From the IMG/VR virus record IMGVR_UViG_3300028883_000033, positions 83,645 through 147,644 of that record: a DNA stretch of 64,000 nt. One strand, given 5' to 3'. Below, piece after piece: positions 20,001 to 29,621 of the stretch. Source of the stretch: a virus. Numbering within the stretch: the stretch's first letter is position 1; each line of letters begins with the position of its first letter. A program made the translations under genes and the position numbers. Under the pieces are notes generated by a model. It had not been told where the DNA came from, did not search any database, and worked only from the letters and a program-made list of their open reading frames with translations.

Positions 20001-21099
20001 GATCACTTTCAATGTAACTCAGGGTTCCGGTTCAGGTCTTGATGCTGATACGGTTGATGGTGTTGAAGCAGCTGATATCGCACAACTGGATGTGGCAAAC
20101 ATATTCACTGAAGACCAGGCAATCAGAAACACATCTCCGGAGTTGAAACTTCAGAATACCGACGTAACCGGTAACTCTGTCATTTGGTTCCAAGACGCTA
20201 CGGGGGCGGTGGCTGGTGATGCAGCGATTTTCTACAATCCTCCTGGAGATTTCTTGCGCGAACAAGTATATACATCTAATCATACTGACCTGGCGACATA
20301 CATCACGCAGTACAGGTCTGGTATTATTACGTTCGGCGCTGGTGGGTCGAACGGATCCAATGCTACTGAAGTAATGCGGATCAACGCCAATGGTGAGCTG
20401 CAGATTGGTAACGCCACTGACCTGGGCGATTACAAACTCCAGGTTACAGGCGATATCTACTCCACGACCAATGTGCGCACTAATAACTATGCGATGATCG
20501 GATCGGATAGTGGTAATGGGTTCCACATGGAATGGGATACCACCAATTCTCGCTTCAAGCACCACTTGACGTACAATGACGGTGGCGGTAACTGGAATAT
20601 GCGCATTGGTCACATATACTCCGGTGGCTTGGTTTGTACTGAAGCATCATACCCGTTCGCTATGGTTCATAATCAGACCAACGGCAATATGATCTTCTAT
20701 ACTACCAGCACAGCATATGCTGTTAACGATTCCGTAGCATTTAACAACACATTTACGTTTGCCCCCACTGGTGACTTTACGGCATCGGGCAACGTAACGG
20801 CTTATTCTGACATTCGTCACAAAACAGCAATTGAAAACATCGACAATGCGTTGGATAAAGTCAAAGCTATCCGTGGCGTCACGTATGAACGTATTCACGG
20901 CAACAAAGGCGAAAGAGAAGCAGGTGTTATTGCTCAGGAAGTCGAGAAAGTGTTGCCCGAAGTCATCCGCGAAGATGGAGATGGCATGAAGTCAGTTGCT
21001 TATGGCAATATGGTTGGTTTGCTAATTGAAGCAATCAAAGAACAGCAGGAACAGATTGACGCATTGAAAGCAGAAGTCGCCTCTCTGAAAGGAGAATAA
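17056..21099 (+). CDS. long tail fibre with C-terminal intramolecular chaperone (peptidase S74)
   Basis: Repeats PQLGGDLD x2, DNDIPNKxYVD x3, GSGSGLDADTVDG x3; ends YSDIRHK...GVIAQEV...VAYGNMVGLLIEAIKE plus coiled coil. Confidence 0.92.
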   Translation: MKHYGFENPEGSSLKNITAPSGTAFPSGTENAGELFFRTDESKLYCYNGSGWVDLAASAVGISDIVSDTTPQLGGDLDLNGHNITGDATFTGVVTIEQASPAIKIIDTDNATAGYHTINTTGTNGQNFNISIDPTNEETNSKLNVWIDGTTVFTIANDGTLEAVTPTYENLVLDDNDIPNKKYVDDKVISGALQNVVEDTSPQLGGDLDVNGNSIISSLQGGNIAVVSGDNASGSAGSVIISTGFGTADNGTIEFNIGSTLALEIETDGTLSTNVVSYESLIVDNNDIPNKKYVDDAIDTAVDTAVTANPFVISGLIPTLKIIETDATADNKNWSLKANDEELYFQALTDADSGGGNVIAITRAAQQINTLEFRQAGVTWAKFDNVDKEVTITGSVWIDDPNVLFNLDDIVAPDGYAFKRITTNDGGGNLNIRNGIYYDGGFKYATAADGGAFLTLGGELATGDDHGTVTLGAYKANTGSAGDAAGNPTTRLSLRDVIRMSMDDTDVFKVDTDGTISAGDTVNYKDLVIDDNDIPNKAYVDAVAQGLSTRAAANAATTAAITATYSAGTGSPEIGIGSTLTGTSNGALPAQDGVTLGLNDRLLVKNQGGGSPDLSYQNGIYYLSQVGDAGNPFILTRCLCTDENDEVSGAYTFIQDGNTYQSTGWVLQVDDPTTFQIGTDAITAVQFSAAGSYTAGSNIDITGNAISVVDGSGSGLDADTVDGIEAASFLRSDTSDTAIGTLTFTNTVSLERANPFIQFVDTDGVVDDKTARLYWYENGFLFRSMYDNNTTKANILKLDDSAFLYLDNVIWHAGNDGSGSGLDADTVDGLEASQLVRGDAVDHAADVIIRVDDADFAVEDSTETTFKYIFRDHSAGLLYLGLEPSESVGTGAFLTFRSGVDFGGYDSYGMNFLTFTNSEPSQLTADGQVGFDSSRGLILYRTQHVGQESGDGGYTVLDTSNITGGTNIEITNTAANTAGTEAITFNVTQGSGSGLDADTVDGVEAADIAQLDVANIFTEDQAIRNTSPELKLQNTDVTGNSVIWFQDATGAVAGDAAIFYNPPGDFLREQVYTSNHTDLATYITQYRSGIITFGAGGSNGSNATEVMRINANGELQIGNATDLGDYKLQVTGDIYSTTNVRTNNYAMIGSDSGNGFHMEWDTTNSRFKHHLTYNDGGGNWNMRIGHIYSGGLVCTEASYPFAMVHNQTNGNMIFYTTSTAYAVNDSVAFNNTFTFAPTGDFTASGNVTAYSDIRHKTAIENIDNALDKVKAIRGVTYERIHGNKGEREAGVIAQEVEKVLPEVIREDGDGMKSVAYGNMVGLLIEAIKEQQEQIDALKAEVASLKGE

Positions 21100-21119
21100 G
21101 GGGCCGAAGCCCCTTATTC
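21094..21119. terminator. hairpin terminator between convergent genes
   Basis: GAATAAGGGGC-CGAA-GCCCCTTATTC perfect stem (UUCG loop on minus strand). Confidence 0.75.
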
Positions 21120-21122
21120 CGA

Positions 21123-21371
21123 TCATTTCTCGTTTTCGAGCTTTTCGATCAGTGCGTTAGCTTCCTGGATCGTTTTAGGAGTGCTATACGCAGGATCGCA
21201 TTGAATGCTATTGATCAAATAGCAGAAGTCTACTTGGTAGTCGTAGAACACCGAGCCTTTGGGTTCAGACATTTTCCCGCCGGCCTTGTAAAGTGCGTTA
21301 GCAAACGCACGGTTGAGATATTCGACAACACGATCGGTGTCGATTTTCTTTTCGCCTCTGTTCGGCTTCAT
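21123..21371 (-). CDS. hypothetical protein
   Basis: 82 aa with AGGAG SD. Confidence 0.65.
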   Translation of the reverse strand: MKPNRGEKKIDTDRVVEYLNRAFANALYKAGGKMSEPKGSVFYDYQVDFCYLINSIQCDPAYSTPKTIQEANALIEKLENEK

Positions 21372-21404
21372 ACCGAATCTCCTTTTGTTTAGAGGTGAGT
21401 GGGA

Positions 21405-21572
21405 TTACCAGAAGAATTTCTTCAGGCGGTGAAGCGGTTGGTATTTTCCGTCTTCTTTTTCGCCAAAGGCAACGATCAGAAGCACCGAGCCGATGACGGC
21501 CCCGAAAAATAAACCCATGTGACCAGCAATAAACGCACCAGCTTGTGCATCGGTGAAAAGTAGGTTCTCCAT
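21405..21572 (-). CDS. small membrane protein (55 aa)
   Basis: Manual translation MENLLFTDAQAGAFIAGHMGLFFGAVIGSVLLIVAFGEKEDGK...; one TM helix. Confidence 0.55.
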   Translation of the reverse strand: MENLLFTDAQAGAFIAGHMGLFFGAVIGSVLLIVAFGEKEDGKYQPLHRLKKFFW

Positions 21573-21652
21573 CTATATGTTCCTATGTGATTATGAACCC
21601 TTGACACTAGTGGTAGTGCCCCCAACGCGCCATTCGCGCGATATATCTATTA

Positions 21653-21901
21653 TCAGTTTTTCTTATTCGATGTCAACGGCTTTCTGTGTTCCAAAAACAT
21701 TTGTGTTTCAAGGGTATTCTCAAAATCCGCAAGGATTGCATAGGCCCTATCATACATGTCCCCTATAACATCGGGGTCAGAAACCACTTGTTCTGTTTCT
21801 TCCACGAATGTTAGAAGATGGAACTCTAGGTAGCCGAGAAAGGCTTCAATTTGATTTGCATTCATGTAAAGTACATTACTCAAAATTATATTAGTGTTCA
21901 A
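21653..21901 (-). CDS. hypothetical protein
   Basis: ORF track; true start may be the internal ATG (MNANQIE). Confidence 0.5.
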   Translation of the reverse strand: MNTNIILSNVLYMNANQIEAFLGYLEFHLLTFVEETEQVVSDPDVIGDMYDRAYAILADFENTLETQMFLEHRKPLTSNKKN

Positions 21902-21915
21902 CGATCACAATACCG

Positions 21916-21972
21916 TTGATTAAAAACACAAAAATATTTATCATTGACAGATATAACAACAATAAGTAAATA
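21916..21972 (+). promoter_or_regulatory. tandem promoters of the dCMP deaminase-nrdABC operon
   Basis: TTGATT-N17-TATCAT and TTGACA-N17-TAAATA. Confidence 0.6.
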
Positions 21973-21987
21973 GGACTCACGCATCAT

Positions 21988-22401
21988 ATGAAAGAAAAGC
22001 ACAAACATGCTCACATGCGTTCGGCGTTTGTATATGCTGACCTATCCTACTGCAAAAGAAAGCAGGTAGGATGTGTGATTGTTAAGGATGACAATCCAAT
22101 TGCAGTGGGCTACAACGGTACACCATCAGGAGAGGAAAATGTCTGCGAGGATGATGAAGGATTCACTAAACCAAACGTTATTCATGCAGAGGATAACGCT
22201 CTTCGTAAACTTACCCGAAGTCACGAATCTTCTGTAGGCGCGCACGTGTTTATCACGGCAGCGCCTTGCATTCGTTGTGCTGAAAAACTGAAGGATGCTA
22301 AAGTAGCAAAAGTATATTACGCCGAGGTATATGGAGGCCACACGGAAGGGCTGGTATATCTCGAGAAACACAACATAGAAACTGAATTAGTAGAACAATA
22401 A
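21988..22401 (+). CDS. cd: dCMP deaminase
   Basis: VGCVIV...GYNG...HAEDNA...PCIRC zinc motifs. Confidence 0.95.
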   Translation: MKEKHKHAHMRSAFVYADLSYCKRKQVGCVIVKDDNPIAVGYNGTPSGEENVCEDDEGFTKPNVIHAEDNALRKLTRSHESSVGAHVFITAAPCIRCAEKLKDAKVAKVYYAEVYGGHTEGLVYLEKHNIETELVEQ

Positions 22402-22420
22402 TAAAACGGGAGCCGCATAG

Positions 22421-24763
22421 ATGGTATTTGATGACTTGACCGTCACTAAGCGTGACGGGCGCGTTGAACCTTTTGACCTAGAAAAGATTCACAAAGTGTT
22501 ATTCTGGGCATGTGAAGACATAGCCAACGTGTCCGTATCGGAAATTGAAGTCCGAACGCACATGCAACTGTACAACAAAATCCCCACTTCTGAGATCCAT
22601 GAAACTATTATCAAGTCGGCCGCCGACCTGATATCTGAAGAATATCCTAATTATCAATTTGTAGCAGCACGTTTGGTTCTGTTTACGCTGCGCAAACAGG
22701 TATATCATAGGTTTGAACCCCCATATCTCGTTGATCATGTTAAGAAGAACGTAGGCCTTGGAGTGTATGATGGGGCACTGTTGGACAAATACGATGAGTC
22801 TGAATGGGAAAAGCTCGATAAGATAGTAAACCACAATCGTGATTGGTTGTTGACATACGCCGCAACAGAACAATTCCGAGGAAAGTATCTTGTTCAAGAT
22901 CGTACGACACATACGTATTATGAAACCCCTCAGATGGCGTATATCTTAATTGCAGCCACCCTTTTTGCTGATTATCCTAGTGACATTCGGCTGCAATATA
23001 TCAAAGATTATTATGATGCAATCTCTAAAGGACCAAAGTCGACAATTACACTACCTACGCCAATTCTCGCCGGCGTCCGCACGCCAACGCGTCAATTCAG
23101 TTCTTGTGTGTTAATTGAATCTGGTGACAGCCTTGACAGTATCAACGAAACTGCATCGGCTATTGTGGATTATGCATCGCGCCGTGCTGGCATTGGCATT
23201 AACGCTGGTCGGATTCGCGCAAAAGGATCCAAAGTGCGAGGGGGTGAAATCTTTCACACAGGTAACATTCCATTCTACAAATATTTCCATGCGGCACTGA
23301 AGTCCTGCTCACAGGGCGGTGTGCGTGGAGCTTCTGCCACTACATATTACCCTTTGTGGCACCTGGAAGCTGAAGATTTAATCGTTCTAAAGAACAACAA
23401 AGGAACAGACGAATCTCGTGTTCGTCACATGGACTATGGTGTTCAGCTGAACGGATACCTGTATCAGCGGTTGATCAAGAATGAACAAATTACTTTGTTC
23501 AGTCCTAATGAAGTTCCAGATCTGTATGACGCATTCTTTACTGACCAGAAAAAATTTGCCGAACTGTATGAAAAGTATGAGCGAGCGCATTCAGTCCGTA
23601 AAAAAGTAGTTCCAGCGCTTGAACATTTCAATAACATGTTAATAGAGCGCAATAATACAGGCCGCATTTACATCCACAATGTTGATCATACAAACGAGCA
23701 CGGCGCCTTTTTGGACACCAGCCCGGTCCGTATGTCCAACCTATGTGTTGAAATTACCCTACCAACCGAACAGCTAACACGCAAGAGTCGTATTCCGTTC
23801 ATCAAGAAATTTGTAGAGGATGTGTGGGATCTGTCTTGTCAGGATTTTCGTAAGGAATACGGTGAGATCGCTCTCTGTACCCTAAGTTCCCTCAACTGGG
23901 GCGCAATGTCTTCACCGGCTGATTTCGAAAAGCCAGCTGAGTTAGCAGTAAGAGCTCTTGAAGAGTTGTTGGATTATCAGGACTATCCTATGCTCGCAGC
24001 AGGTGTTCCAGCCAAGAAACGCAGATCGTTGGGGGTTGGCGTAAGTAACCTAGCGTACTTCCTTGCTAAGCATGGCCGCAAATATTCTGATGGATCTGCG
24101 AATGACTTGGTTAATGAATATGCTGAAGCAATGTCGTACTATTTGATCAAAGCATCCGTCACGCTTGCCAAAGAAAAGGGCGCATGTGATTGGTTTGATG
24201 AAACCAAATATTCTAAGGGTATTCTTCCAATTGACACATATAAAGCGGCAGTTAATGACATAGTCGGTTCTGAGCTAAAATGTGATTGGGAGGCTCTCAG
24301 AAAAGATATTGCCGAATTTGGTATGCGGCACTCAACACTGATGGCACTAATGCCTGTTGAATCTAGTTCACAGGTTATCAACGCTACAAACGGTATGGAG
24401 CCACCTCGAAGCATGGTATCAATTAAGGGATCTAAAGACGGAACACTCCGTCAAGTTGTTCCGGAGATTATGCGACTAAAGAACAAGTATGAGTACCTGT
24501 GGGATATGCCACATACTCGTGGCTACTTAGAAATCGCCGCTATATTCCAGAAATATACTGACCAGTCGATTTCCACCAATACATCATATAATCCAGCAAA
24601 TTATCCAGGAAACAAGGTCCCGATGTCTGAACTAATAAAGGACCTAGTTTATGCATACAAGCTGGGCATTAAAACATTATATTACCAAAACACAGACGAC
24701 GGCTCTGGCGACGTGTGGGATCCTGATAAGAAACAGGATGACTGCGAATCGTGCAAGCTGTAA
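22421..24763 (+). CDS. nrdA: class Ia ribonucleotide reductase alpha subunit
   Basis: ATP cone VTKRDG, FSSCVL, SQGGVR, SNLCVEI, KTLYY, C-terminal CESC. Confidence 0.98.
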   Translation: MVFDDLTVTKRDGRVEPFDLEKIHKVLFWACEDIANVSVSEIEVRTHMQLYNKIPTSEIHETIIKSAADLISEEYPNYQFVAARLVLFTLRKQVYHRFEPPYLVDHVKKNVGLGVYDGALLDKYDESEWEKLDKIVNHNRDWLLTYAATEQFRGKYLVQDRTTHTYYETPQMAYILIAATLFADYPSDIRLQYIKDYYDAISKGPKSTITLPTPILAGVRTPTRQFSSCVLIESGDSLDSINETASAIVDYASRRAGIGINAGRIRAKGSKVRGGEIFHTGNIPFYKYFHAALKSCSQGGVRGASATTYYPLWHLEAEDLIVLKNNKGTDESRVRHMDYGVQLNGYLYQRLIKNEQITLFSPNEVPDLYDAFFTDQKKFAELYEKYERAHSVRKKVVPALEHFNNMLIERNNTGRIYIHNVDHTNEHGAFLDTSPVRMSNLCVEITLPTEQLTRKSRIPFIKKFVEDVWDLSCQDFRKEYGEIALCTLSSLNWGAMSSPADFEKPAELAVRALEELLDYQDYPMLAAGVPAKKRRSLGVGVSNLAYFLAKHGRKYSDGSANDLVNEYAEAMSYYLIKASVTLAKEKGACDWFDETKYSKGILPIDTYKAAVNDIVGSELKCDWEALRKDIAEFGMRHSTLMALMPVESSSQVINATNGMEPPRSMVSIKGSKDGTLRQVVPEIMRLKNKYEYLWDMPHTRGYLEIAAIFQKYTDQSISTNTSYNPANYPGNKVPMSELIKDLVYAYKLGIKTLYYQNTDDGSGDVWDPDKKQDDCESCKL

Positions 24764-24775
24764 GAGGATAGAGAC

Positions 24776-25897
24776 ATGACAAGTGTAGTTTTTAATCAGG
24801 ATGCTACTGACCATCTCAAGGCAAAATTATTCCTTGATGAAGGTGGAAACCCTGAAATTCAGCGGTACGAACAAGTACGCTACGACACGTTGGAAAATTT
24901 TGTTGATAAGCAGCTGAGTTTTTTCTGGCGCCCTGAAGAAGTCGACCTATCGAAAGATAAGAACGACTTCCGTGATTTGCCGGAAGCTCAACAGCATATT
25001 TTTACGTCGAATCTATTCCGTCAGATCCTCCTAGACAGTGTCCAGGGCCGCGGCCCTAATATGACGCTGTTGCCGATCTGTTCTCTGCCAGAAATGGAAG
25101 ATTGGATCACGAACTGGTCCTTCAATGAGACGCTACATTCGCGTGCATACACCCACGTTATCCGCAATGTATATTCAAACCCATCGCAAGTGATTGACGA
25201 AATTACGAAGATTCCCGAGATCCTGCAATGTGCCGCTGCTGTATCCAAGCACTACGATCAGCTGGCATATTGGAACGCAATCTGGCAAGCACGCCGGTTG
25301 GGCGTTGATGTTAATTCAGCATATGACGAATACGAACACAAGAAGTCGCTGTGGATGACTTTAAATTCTATCAATGCTCTGGAAGGTCTTCGGTTTTATG
25401 TATCGTTCGCATGCTCGTGGAATTTCGCCGAACAGAAAAAGATGGAAGGAAATGCAAAAATTATCCGATTGATTTGTCGGGATGAAAATCTGCATCTCGG
25501 CAGCACACAATATATACTACGTACCCTTCCTAAGGATGACAAAATATACAAGGATATTGCTGCAAAAACAAAAGATGATGTAATGCAGTTATTCTTGGAT
25601 GTTGTCCAGCAGGAGAAGGACTGGGCCACATACCTGTTCAAGTACGGCTCGATGATTGGATTGAATGCTGAGATTCTTCATCAGTACGTGGAGTGGATTG
25701 CTTCTCGCCGTATGAGAACAATCGATTTGGACGTACCGTTCAATCATCCAACATCTGATCCACTACCTTGGACGAAAAACTGGATTTCTGGCAAAGAAGT
25801 GCAGTATGCCCCACAAGAATCGGAGATTGCGTCCTACTTGATCTCCGATGTTGAACAAGACGTTGACGCATCCACACTGGATGGACTAAGTTTATAA
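24776..25897 (+). CDS. nrdB: class Ia ribonucleotide reductase beta subunit
   Basis: FWRPEEVDLSKD, LDSVQGR, ETLHSRAY, LEGLRFYVSF, RDENLH. Confidence 0.98.
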   Translation: MTSVVFNQDATDHLKAKLFLDEGGNPEIQRYEQVRYDTLENFVDKQLSFFWRPEEVDLSKDKNDFRDLPEAQQHIFTSNLFRQILLDSVQGRGPNMTLLPICSLPEMEDWITNWSFNETLHSRAYTHVIRNVYSNPSQVIDEITKIPEILQCAAAVSKHYDQLAYWNAIWQARRLGVDVNSAYDEYEHKKSLWMTLNSINALEGLRFYVSFACSWNFAEQKKMEGNAKIIRLICRDENLHLGSTQYILRTLPKDDKIYKDIAAKTKDDVMQLFLDVVQQEKDWATYLFKYGSMIGLNAEILHQYVEWIASRRMRTIDLDVPFNHPTSDPLPWTKNWISGKEVQYAPQESEIASYLISDVEQDVDASTLDGLSL

Positions 25898-25911
25898 GGA
25901 GATTAACACAA

Positions 25912-26172
25912 ATGGATATCACTGTTTTCGGAACCCCTATTTGCCCCAACTGCAAGAATGTAACATCATTCCTCGATTCCGCTGGTGTAGGATACAAATA
26001 CAAAACGATTGGTGAGGATGTTGATAAATCGGATGTTGATGCGTTGGTGGGCCGTTCTGTGCGATCCGTGCCTGTGATTGTCTCTAACGGTTCTGAAGTG
26101 TCATTTGAGGACCTACGCCGCCAGGTTTCAGTGTCTGAAATGACGAGTACGTTAGCTGCATTGGAGTTATAA
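25912..26172 (+). CDS. nrdC: glutaredoxin
   Basis: CPNC active site, RSVPVI. Confidence 0.9.
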   Translation: MDITVFGTPICPNCKNVTSFLDSAGVGYKYKTIGEDVDKSDVDALVGRSVRSVPVIVSNGSEVSFEDLRRQVSVSEMTSTLAALEL

Positions 26173-26691
26173 TCCAATTTCCTTTAATTGACGTATGGTG
26201 TCCTCAGCTGATGTGTGGAGGACACCAATCCCTCCAGCCTCCATCCAAGGATTGATAGCTTTCATTTTATCGTCTATGAGGATGTGATTAGGCGCGGCGT
26301 GTTGAGCCTTCTCCGCAGCACGTATGGTCGTATTGACGACAACGTCCTCGCCAAGATAGTTATTGACCCATCGACGCTTTTGGTCATGCCCTCCGAACTT
26401 TGGATCGCCTGTGGCTGACAAAATTTCAGCAGGCCCGTGTGGAGAAATATATTCCCACAACTGGAAAGCGTCTTCCATAGGCTGAGCATCATACCACAAT
26501 TCCCCTCCGTGGGTGAATTGGTATTCGGTGGCGACGTGCCACATCATATCTCGAGTGGCTTGATCTGTTTCGTATAGTTTTTCTGAATACGGAAGACGGT
26601 AGCCGAGAACAACATCCATAATGCGGCCGACCCCGCCCGCGAAGTCCACAAGGACTCCGTCCATATCACAGAAAATTTTATACTGCATCAA
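26167..26691 (-). CDS. HAD-family 5'(3')-deoxyribonucleotidase
   Basis: FCDMDGVLVDF...ILIDD...GGIGVLH. Confidence 0.9.
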   Translation of the reverse strand: MMQYKIFCDMDGVLVDFAGGVGRIMDVVLGYRLPYSEKLYETDQATRDMMWHVATEYQFTHGGELWYDAQPMEDAFQLWEYISPHGPAEILSATGDPKFGGHDQKRRWVNNYLGEDVVVNTTIRAAEKAQHAAPNHILIDDKMKAINPWMEAGGIGVLHTSAEDTIRQLKEIGL

Positions 26692-26939
26692 TAATAGTCG
26701 TCGTATGTTTGCTTTCCGTGTCCGAAACCTTCGGTGTAATCCATTTCGTCCTGTTCGAAGCTGAAGTCAGCCCACTCTCCTATGGAGATGAACGAACGAT
26801 TATATGTTGGATCGAAGACTGAACCGTCCTCTTTGATTTCGATACCGTAAATTCTTTCTACTTCATCACGAGAAAGATTTTTTACGTCATTGACCACATG
26901 CGTCACTTCGTGCGCGTGAATGTGGTGGTGTCGGCTCAT
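26688..26939 (-). CDS. hypothetical protein
   Basis: 83 aa, GAGG SD, ATGA overlap. Confidence 0.7.
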   Translation of the reverse strand: MSRHHHIHAHEVTHVVNDVKNLSRDEVERIYGIEIKEDGSVFDPTYNRSFISIGEWADFSFEQDEMDYTEGFGHGKQTYDDYY

Positions 26940-26965
26940 TATGCACCTCTGCGTTAGCCTTAGGG

Positions 26966-27223
26966 TTACAGTGCCAGGATCGTTAGGATTCCGGCGGATA
27001 CGGCAAGGTTGATGATACCCAAAATGAGGTTAACAGTCAACAGCTTGCGGTTTTTGGAAAGTAGTTCAGTGGTCTCAATGTGGCGTGCCTCTGAGTTCCG
27101 GGCTAGGTCCTCGGCAACAGCCAGTGTTGTTAGTGATACGTCGACAGCTTCGCGAGCTGTATTCGCAGCACGTTGAACTTCTTCTTTAGTGACATTCGGT
27201 AGGTCGTCCGAATATGATTTCAT
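26966..27223 (-). CDS. hypothetical protein with C-terminal TM helix
   Basis: Hydrophobic C-terminus. Confidence 0.65.
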   Translation of the reverse strand: MKSYSDDLPNVTKEEVQRAANTAREAVDVSLTTLAVAEDLARNSEARHIETTELLSKNRKLLTVNLILGIINLAVSAGILTILAL

Positions 27224-27465
27224 TTTGCGAGTACTCCAACTATAGTCTTTAGTATATTGAATGCTTGTATGATTTTTATCTTGCGTTCTAACGTGTCCGA
27301 CATCCGTCGAACTTCGTCCACTTCGAGTAGATCGTTGACCAACTCTTCGAACTGTTCTTTTGACAGATCGTCGTTATATAGGCCATCATTTAAAACAGAA
27401 ATTTGTTGCGCAGCTTCGCGTATAATAGGGTCTTCGTGATTGAGAAAATCTTCTAAACGTTCCAT
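27220..27465 (-). CDS. hypothetical protein
   Basis: 81 aa, coupled ORF. Confidence 0.65.
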   Translation of the reverse strand: MERLEDFLNHEDPIIREAAQQISVLNDGLYNDDLSKEQFEELVNDLLEVDEVRRMSDTLERKIKIIQAFNILKTIVGVLAK

Positions 27466-27471
27466 GTTGAC

Positions 27472-27867
27472 TTACCTCGCCTTTTGGGCAACAGCTTCCA
27501 GAGCCGTGCGAACTTTCTTCAAGAACAGCTGAGATTTTAGCGTGCAGTAGGTCTTGGTGGCTGCGTCCTTTTCGTATTGCGCCTTGAACTCTAAAACATC
27601 ACCCTTGAGAATGTCAGCAATTCCATAAACTTCAGTGTTTCGGGGGGTGTAGAAAGTATATGTGTGGAGCAGGCGAGCGTTGTATTCAAGCTCGGGAATA
27701 TAAGACCGCACGACATCGTTATTGCCGCAGTTCTCGTTAATTAGAACCACCGAAGTTTCTAAACGAGCGAGAATTTCATACTCGTTGTTATCGTAGCTCT
27801 GCGGGACCATAGCACATCCCGATAGCACTGTAACCGCTAGAATGGTGGAAAGTAGTATGTTCTTCAT
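27472..27867 (-). CDS. predicted lipoprotein
   Basis: Signal peptide with lipobox LSGC; TAAATA 5 nt upstream of the ATG. Confidence 0.75.
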   Translation of the reverse strand: MKNILLSTILAVTVLSGCAMVPQSYDNNEYEILARLETSVVLINENCGNNDVVRSYIPELEYNARLLHTYTFYTPRNTEVYGIADILKGDVLEFKAQYEKDAATKTYCTLKSQLFLKKVRTALEAVAQKAR

Positions 27868-27875
27868 ACAACTAT

Positions 27876-28094
27876 TTAGTCGATTCGATTACCATCTTCA
27901 TCGTAATGTCCGAGAACTTGCTGTTTTCCCGCCAGAACGGCACTTCGCAACTTCATCTCAGCGCGGTTTAGGTTCCCATCACAATCATCCAGATCGATAA
28001 AGAACACCCATCTCCACTCCCCATCAGACAGAATCTGTTTCTGCGCGATCAGATCGCCGTTACCATCTTCGACTATACGGTAACTATACATCAT
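27876..28094 (-). CDS. hypothetical protein
   Basis: Start trimmed to the ATG at 28094 (MMYSYRIVED). Confidence 0.6.
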   Translation of the reverse strand: MMYSYRIVEDGNGDLIAQKQILSDGEWRWVFFIDLDDCDGNLNRAEMKLRSAVLAGKQQVLGHYDEDGNRID

Positions 28095-29430
28095 ACTTTT
28101 TCTTCCTGTAGTTTGTAAGAACGTCTTTGAGTTCTTCAACGTAGACGTCCTTTCGCCTTTTTGGTGACTTGAGCAGCGACCGGTATTCCTTCATCAGAGC
28201 TTCAGCATCTTTCAGTTTCTGCTCCACCTTATTCTTCTCTTCTTCGGTGAAACGGTAAACAGGAAGATCGGCGATGTAGTCAATATAAACAATACCAATT
28301 TCCGTCAGGAACTCTTTGAGTTCGGACCGCGACCCAATTTTCTTCGCAACACCGCCCACGTTGCGGTTAATGGCTCGAAGTACATCTTTGTAGCGTTGGA
28401 TATCAATTTCCAAAAGCCCGGCCAATCGTTCGTATCGTTTGACATACCAGCTTAACCTCCAATCACAGAAATCTTGAATGATTTCTTGATAGTTAGTTGA
28501 CCATACACTCTCGCCGTCAAAGTTAATGACGTTCATGTTTTCGCCAACGTTGTTTAACAAACCCAAATAATTCAGAACGCCCATCTCATCTTTCATGGAT
28601 TCATGTGATAGTGTTCCTTTTTTAAAGCGAACCTCGATGTTGTATGAGTCTCGAGAGTTGTCAGTATATTCCTGAATCTTTCCATCTTCCTCGAGCTTGT
28701 TGAGTTTCTCAACGTACTTTTCGTGAGTGGTTCCGTATGGAAGATTGGTAATACGAATGGTTGTTGCATTAACCTTTTCATATTCGCCCAGGAAGGTATA
28801 CTTGTACCCGCCAGTGCCAGTTTCTACCCAATCAACCGCCTTCTGTTTAATCGGAACGAGCTCGGGCAGGTCTTCGTAAAAATCTCTACCTTCAAGATAA
28901 TCTATTTGAGCCTTAATGATGCTGGGGAGGGAACGGGGGAGAATGCTCGAAGCAAAACCTACTGCGATACCGTCTTGCGGATTCAGGAGGACAATAGGGA
29001 TAAGCGGTAGGAAATGCTTCGGCTCCTCTAAAGTGCCATCATAATTTTCTTGCAGGGGAACTATTTCAATGTCACGAAAAACAACATCCTTTGTAAACTC
29101 ACTAACCTTGACGCTAGTGTATCGAGCAGCACCATATGCTGTGGGCGCGAGCAGCGTACCGAATGCACCATCTCCATTAAGGAGTGGAATGTTGTTGCCG
29201 TAGGGAGCAGCTAATGTGTTAACAGCCCCCTCAGGAGATTGGTGAGGATGGATAGGCATTGTTGCGCCAGCAAGCGTTGCAGACTTGAACTTGCTTCCGT
29301 TTCTAGCTGTCCACAGCACTCTTCGCGCAGCAGCCTTTAGTCCATCCGCTGCGTGAGGAATAGCTCTCGATTGTAGAACGTATAGTGAATAATCTCTACG
29401 TTCATTGTTCACATATTCAGAACTTTTCAT
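28084..29430 (-). CDS. type II DNA topoisomerase medium subunit (gp52/GyrA-like)
   Basis: RAIP..ADGLK...GAFG...AARY catalytic Tyr, NYDG..EP, GIAVGF. Confidence 0.95.
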   Translation of the reverse strand: MKSSEYVNNERRDYSLYVLQSRAIPHAADGLKAAARRVLWTARNGSKFKSATLAGATMPIHPHQSPEGAVNTLAAPYGNNIPLLNGDGAFGTLLAPTAYGAARYTSVKVSEFTKDVVFRDIEIVPLQENYDGTLEEPKHFLPLIPIVLLNPQDGIAVGFASSILPRSLPSIIKAQIDYLEGRDFYEDLPELVPIKQKAVDWVETGTGGYKYTFLGEYEKVNATTIRITNLPYGTTHEKYVEKLNKLEEDGKIQEYTDNSRDSYNIEVRFKKGTLSHESMKDEMGVLNYLGLLNNVGENMNVINFDGESVWSTNYQEIIQDFCDWRLSWYVKRYERLAGLLEIDIQRYKDVLRAINRNVGGVAKKIGSRSELKEFLTEIGIVYIDYIADLPVYRFTEEEKNKVEQKLKDAEALMKEYRSLLKSPKRRKDVYVEELKDVLTNYRKKKYDV

Positions 29431-29621
29431 AAGATTGTCATAGCTCTATCATAATCATCTTCAGGATCGTGCGAATGTTGCCTGAGGTACCTAGTCAGCC
29501 GATCAGCCATTTCGGCATGCTGTTCATCTCGAACTTCTTCGATAAATTCAAGAACATCATCAGGTACGTGGTCGACACCATTCAATTCAATTTCGGTTGA
29601 GATAACTAGTTTAACTGACAT
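29427..29621 (-). CDS. hypothetical protein
   Basis: Start at ATG 29621 (MSVKLVIS); ATGA overlap with gp52. Confidence 0.55.
   Translation of the reverse strand: MSVKLVISTEIELNGVDHVPDDVLEFIEEVRDEQHAEMADRLTRYLRQHSHDPEDDYDRAMTIL

Noticed and set aside
17400-20898. Long antisense ORFs inside fibre and other genes (e.g. 17400-18347, 35897-36736, 9845-10450)
   Set aside because: Shadow frames caused by codon bias of the real genes on the opposite strand.
17056-21099. Diversity-generating retroelement target in the fibre genes
   Set aside because: No reverse transcriptase or adenine-variable TR/VR pair was seen in this window.
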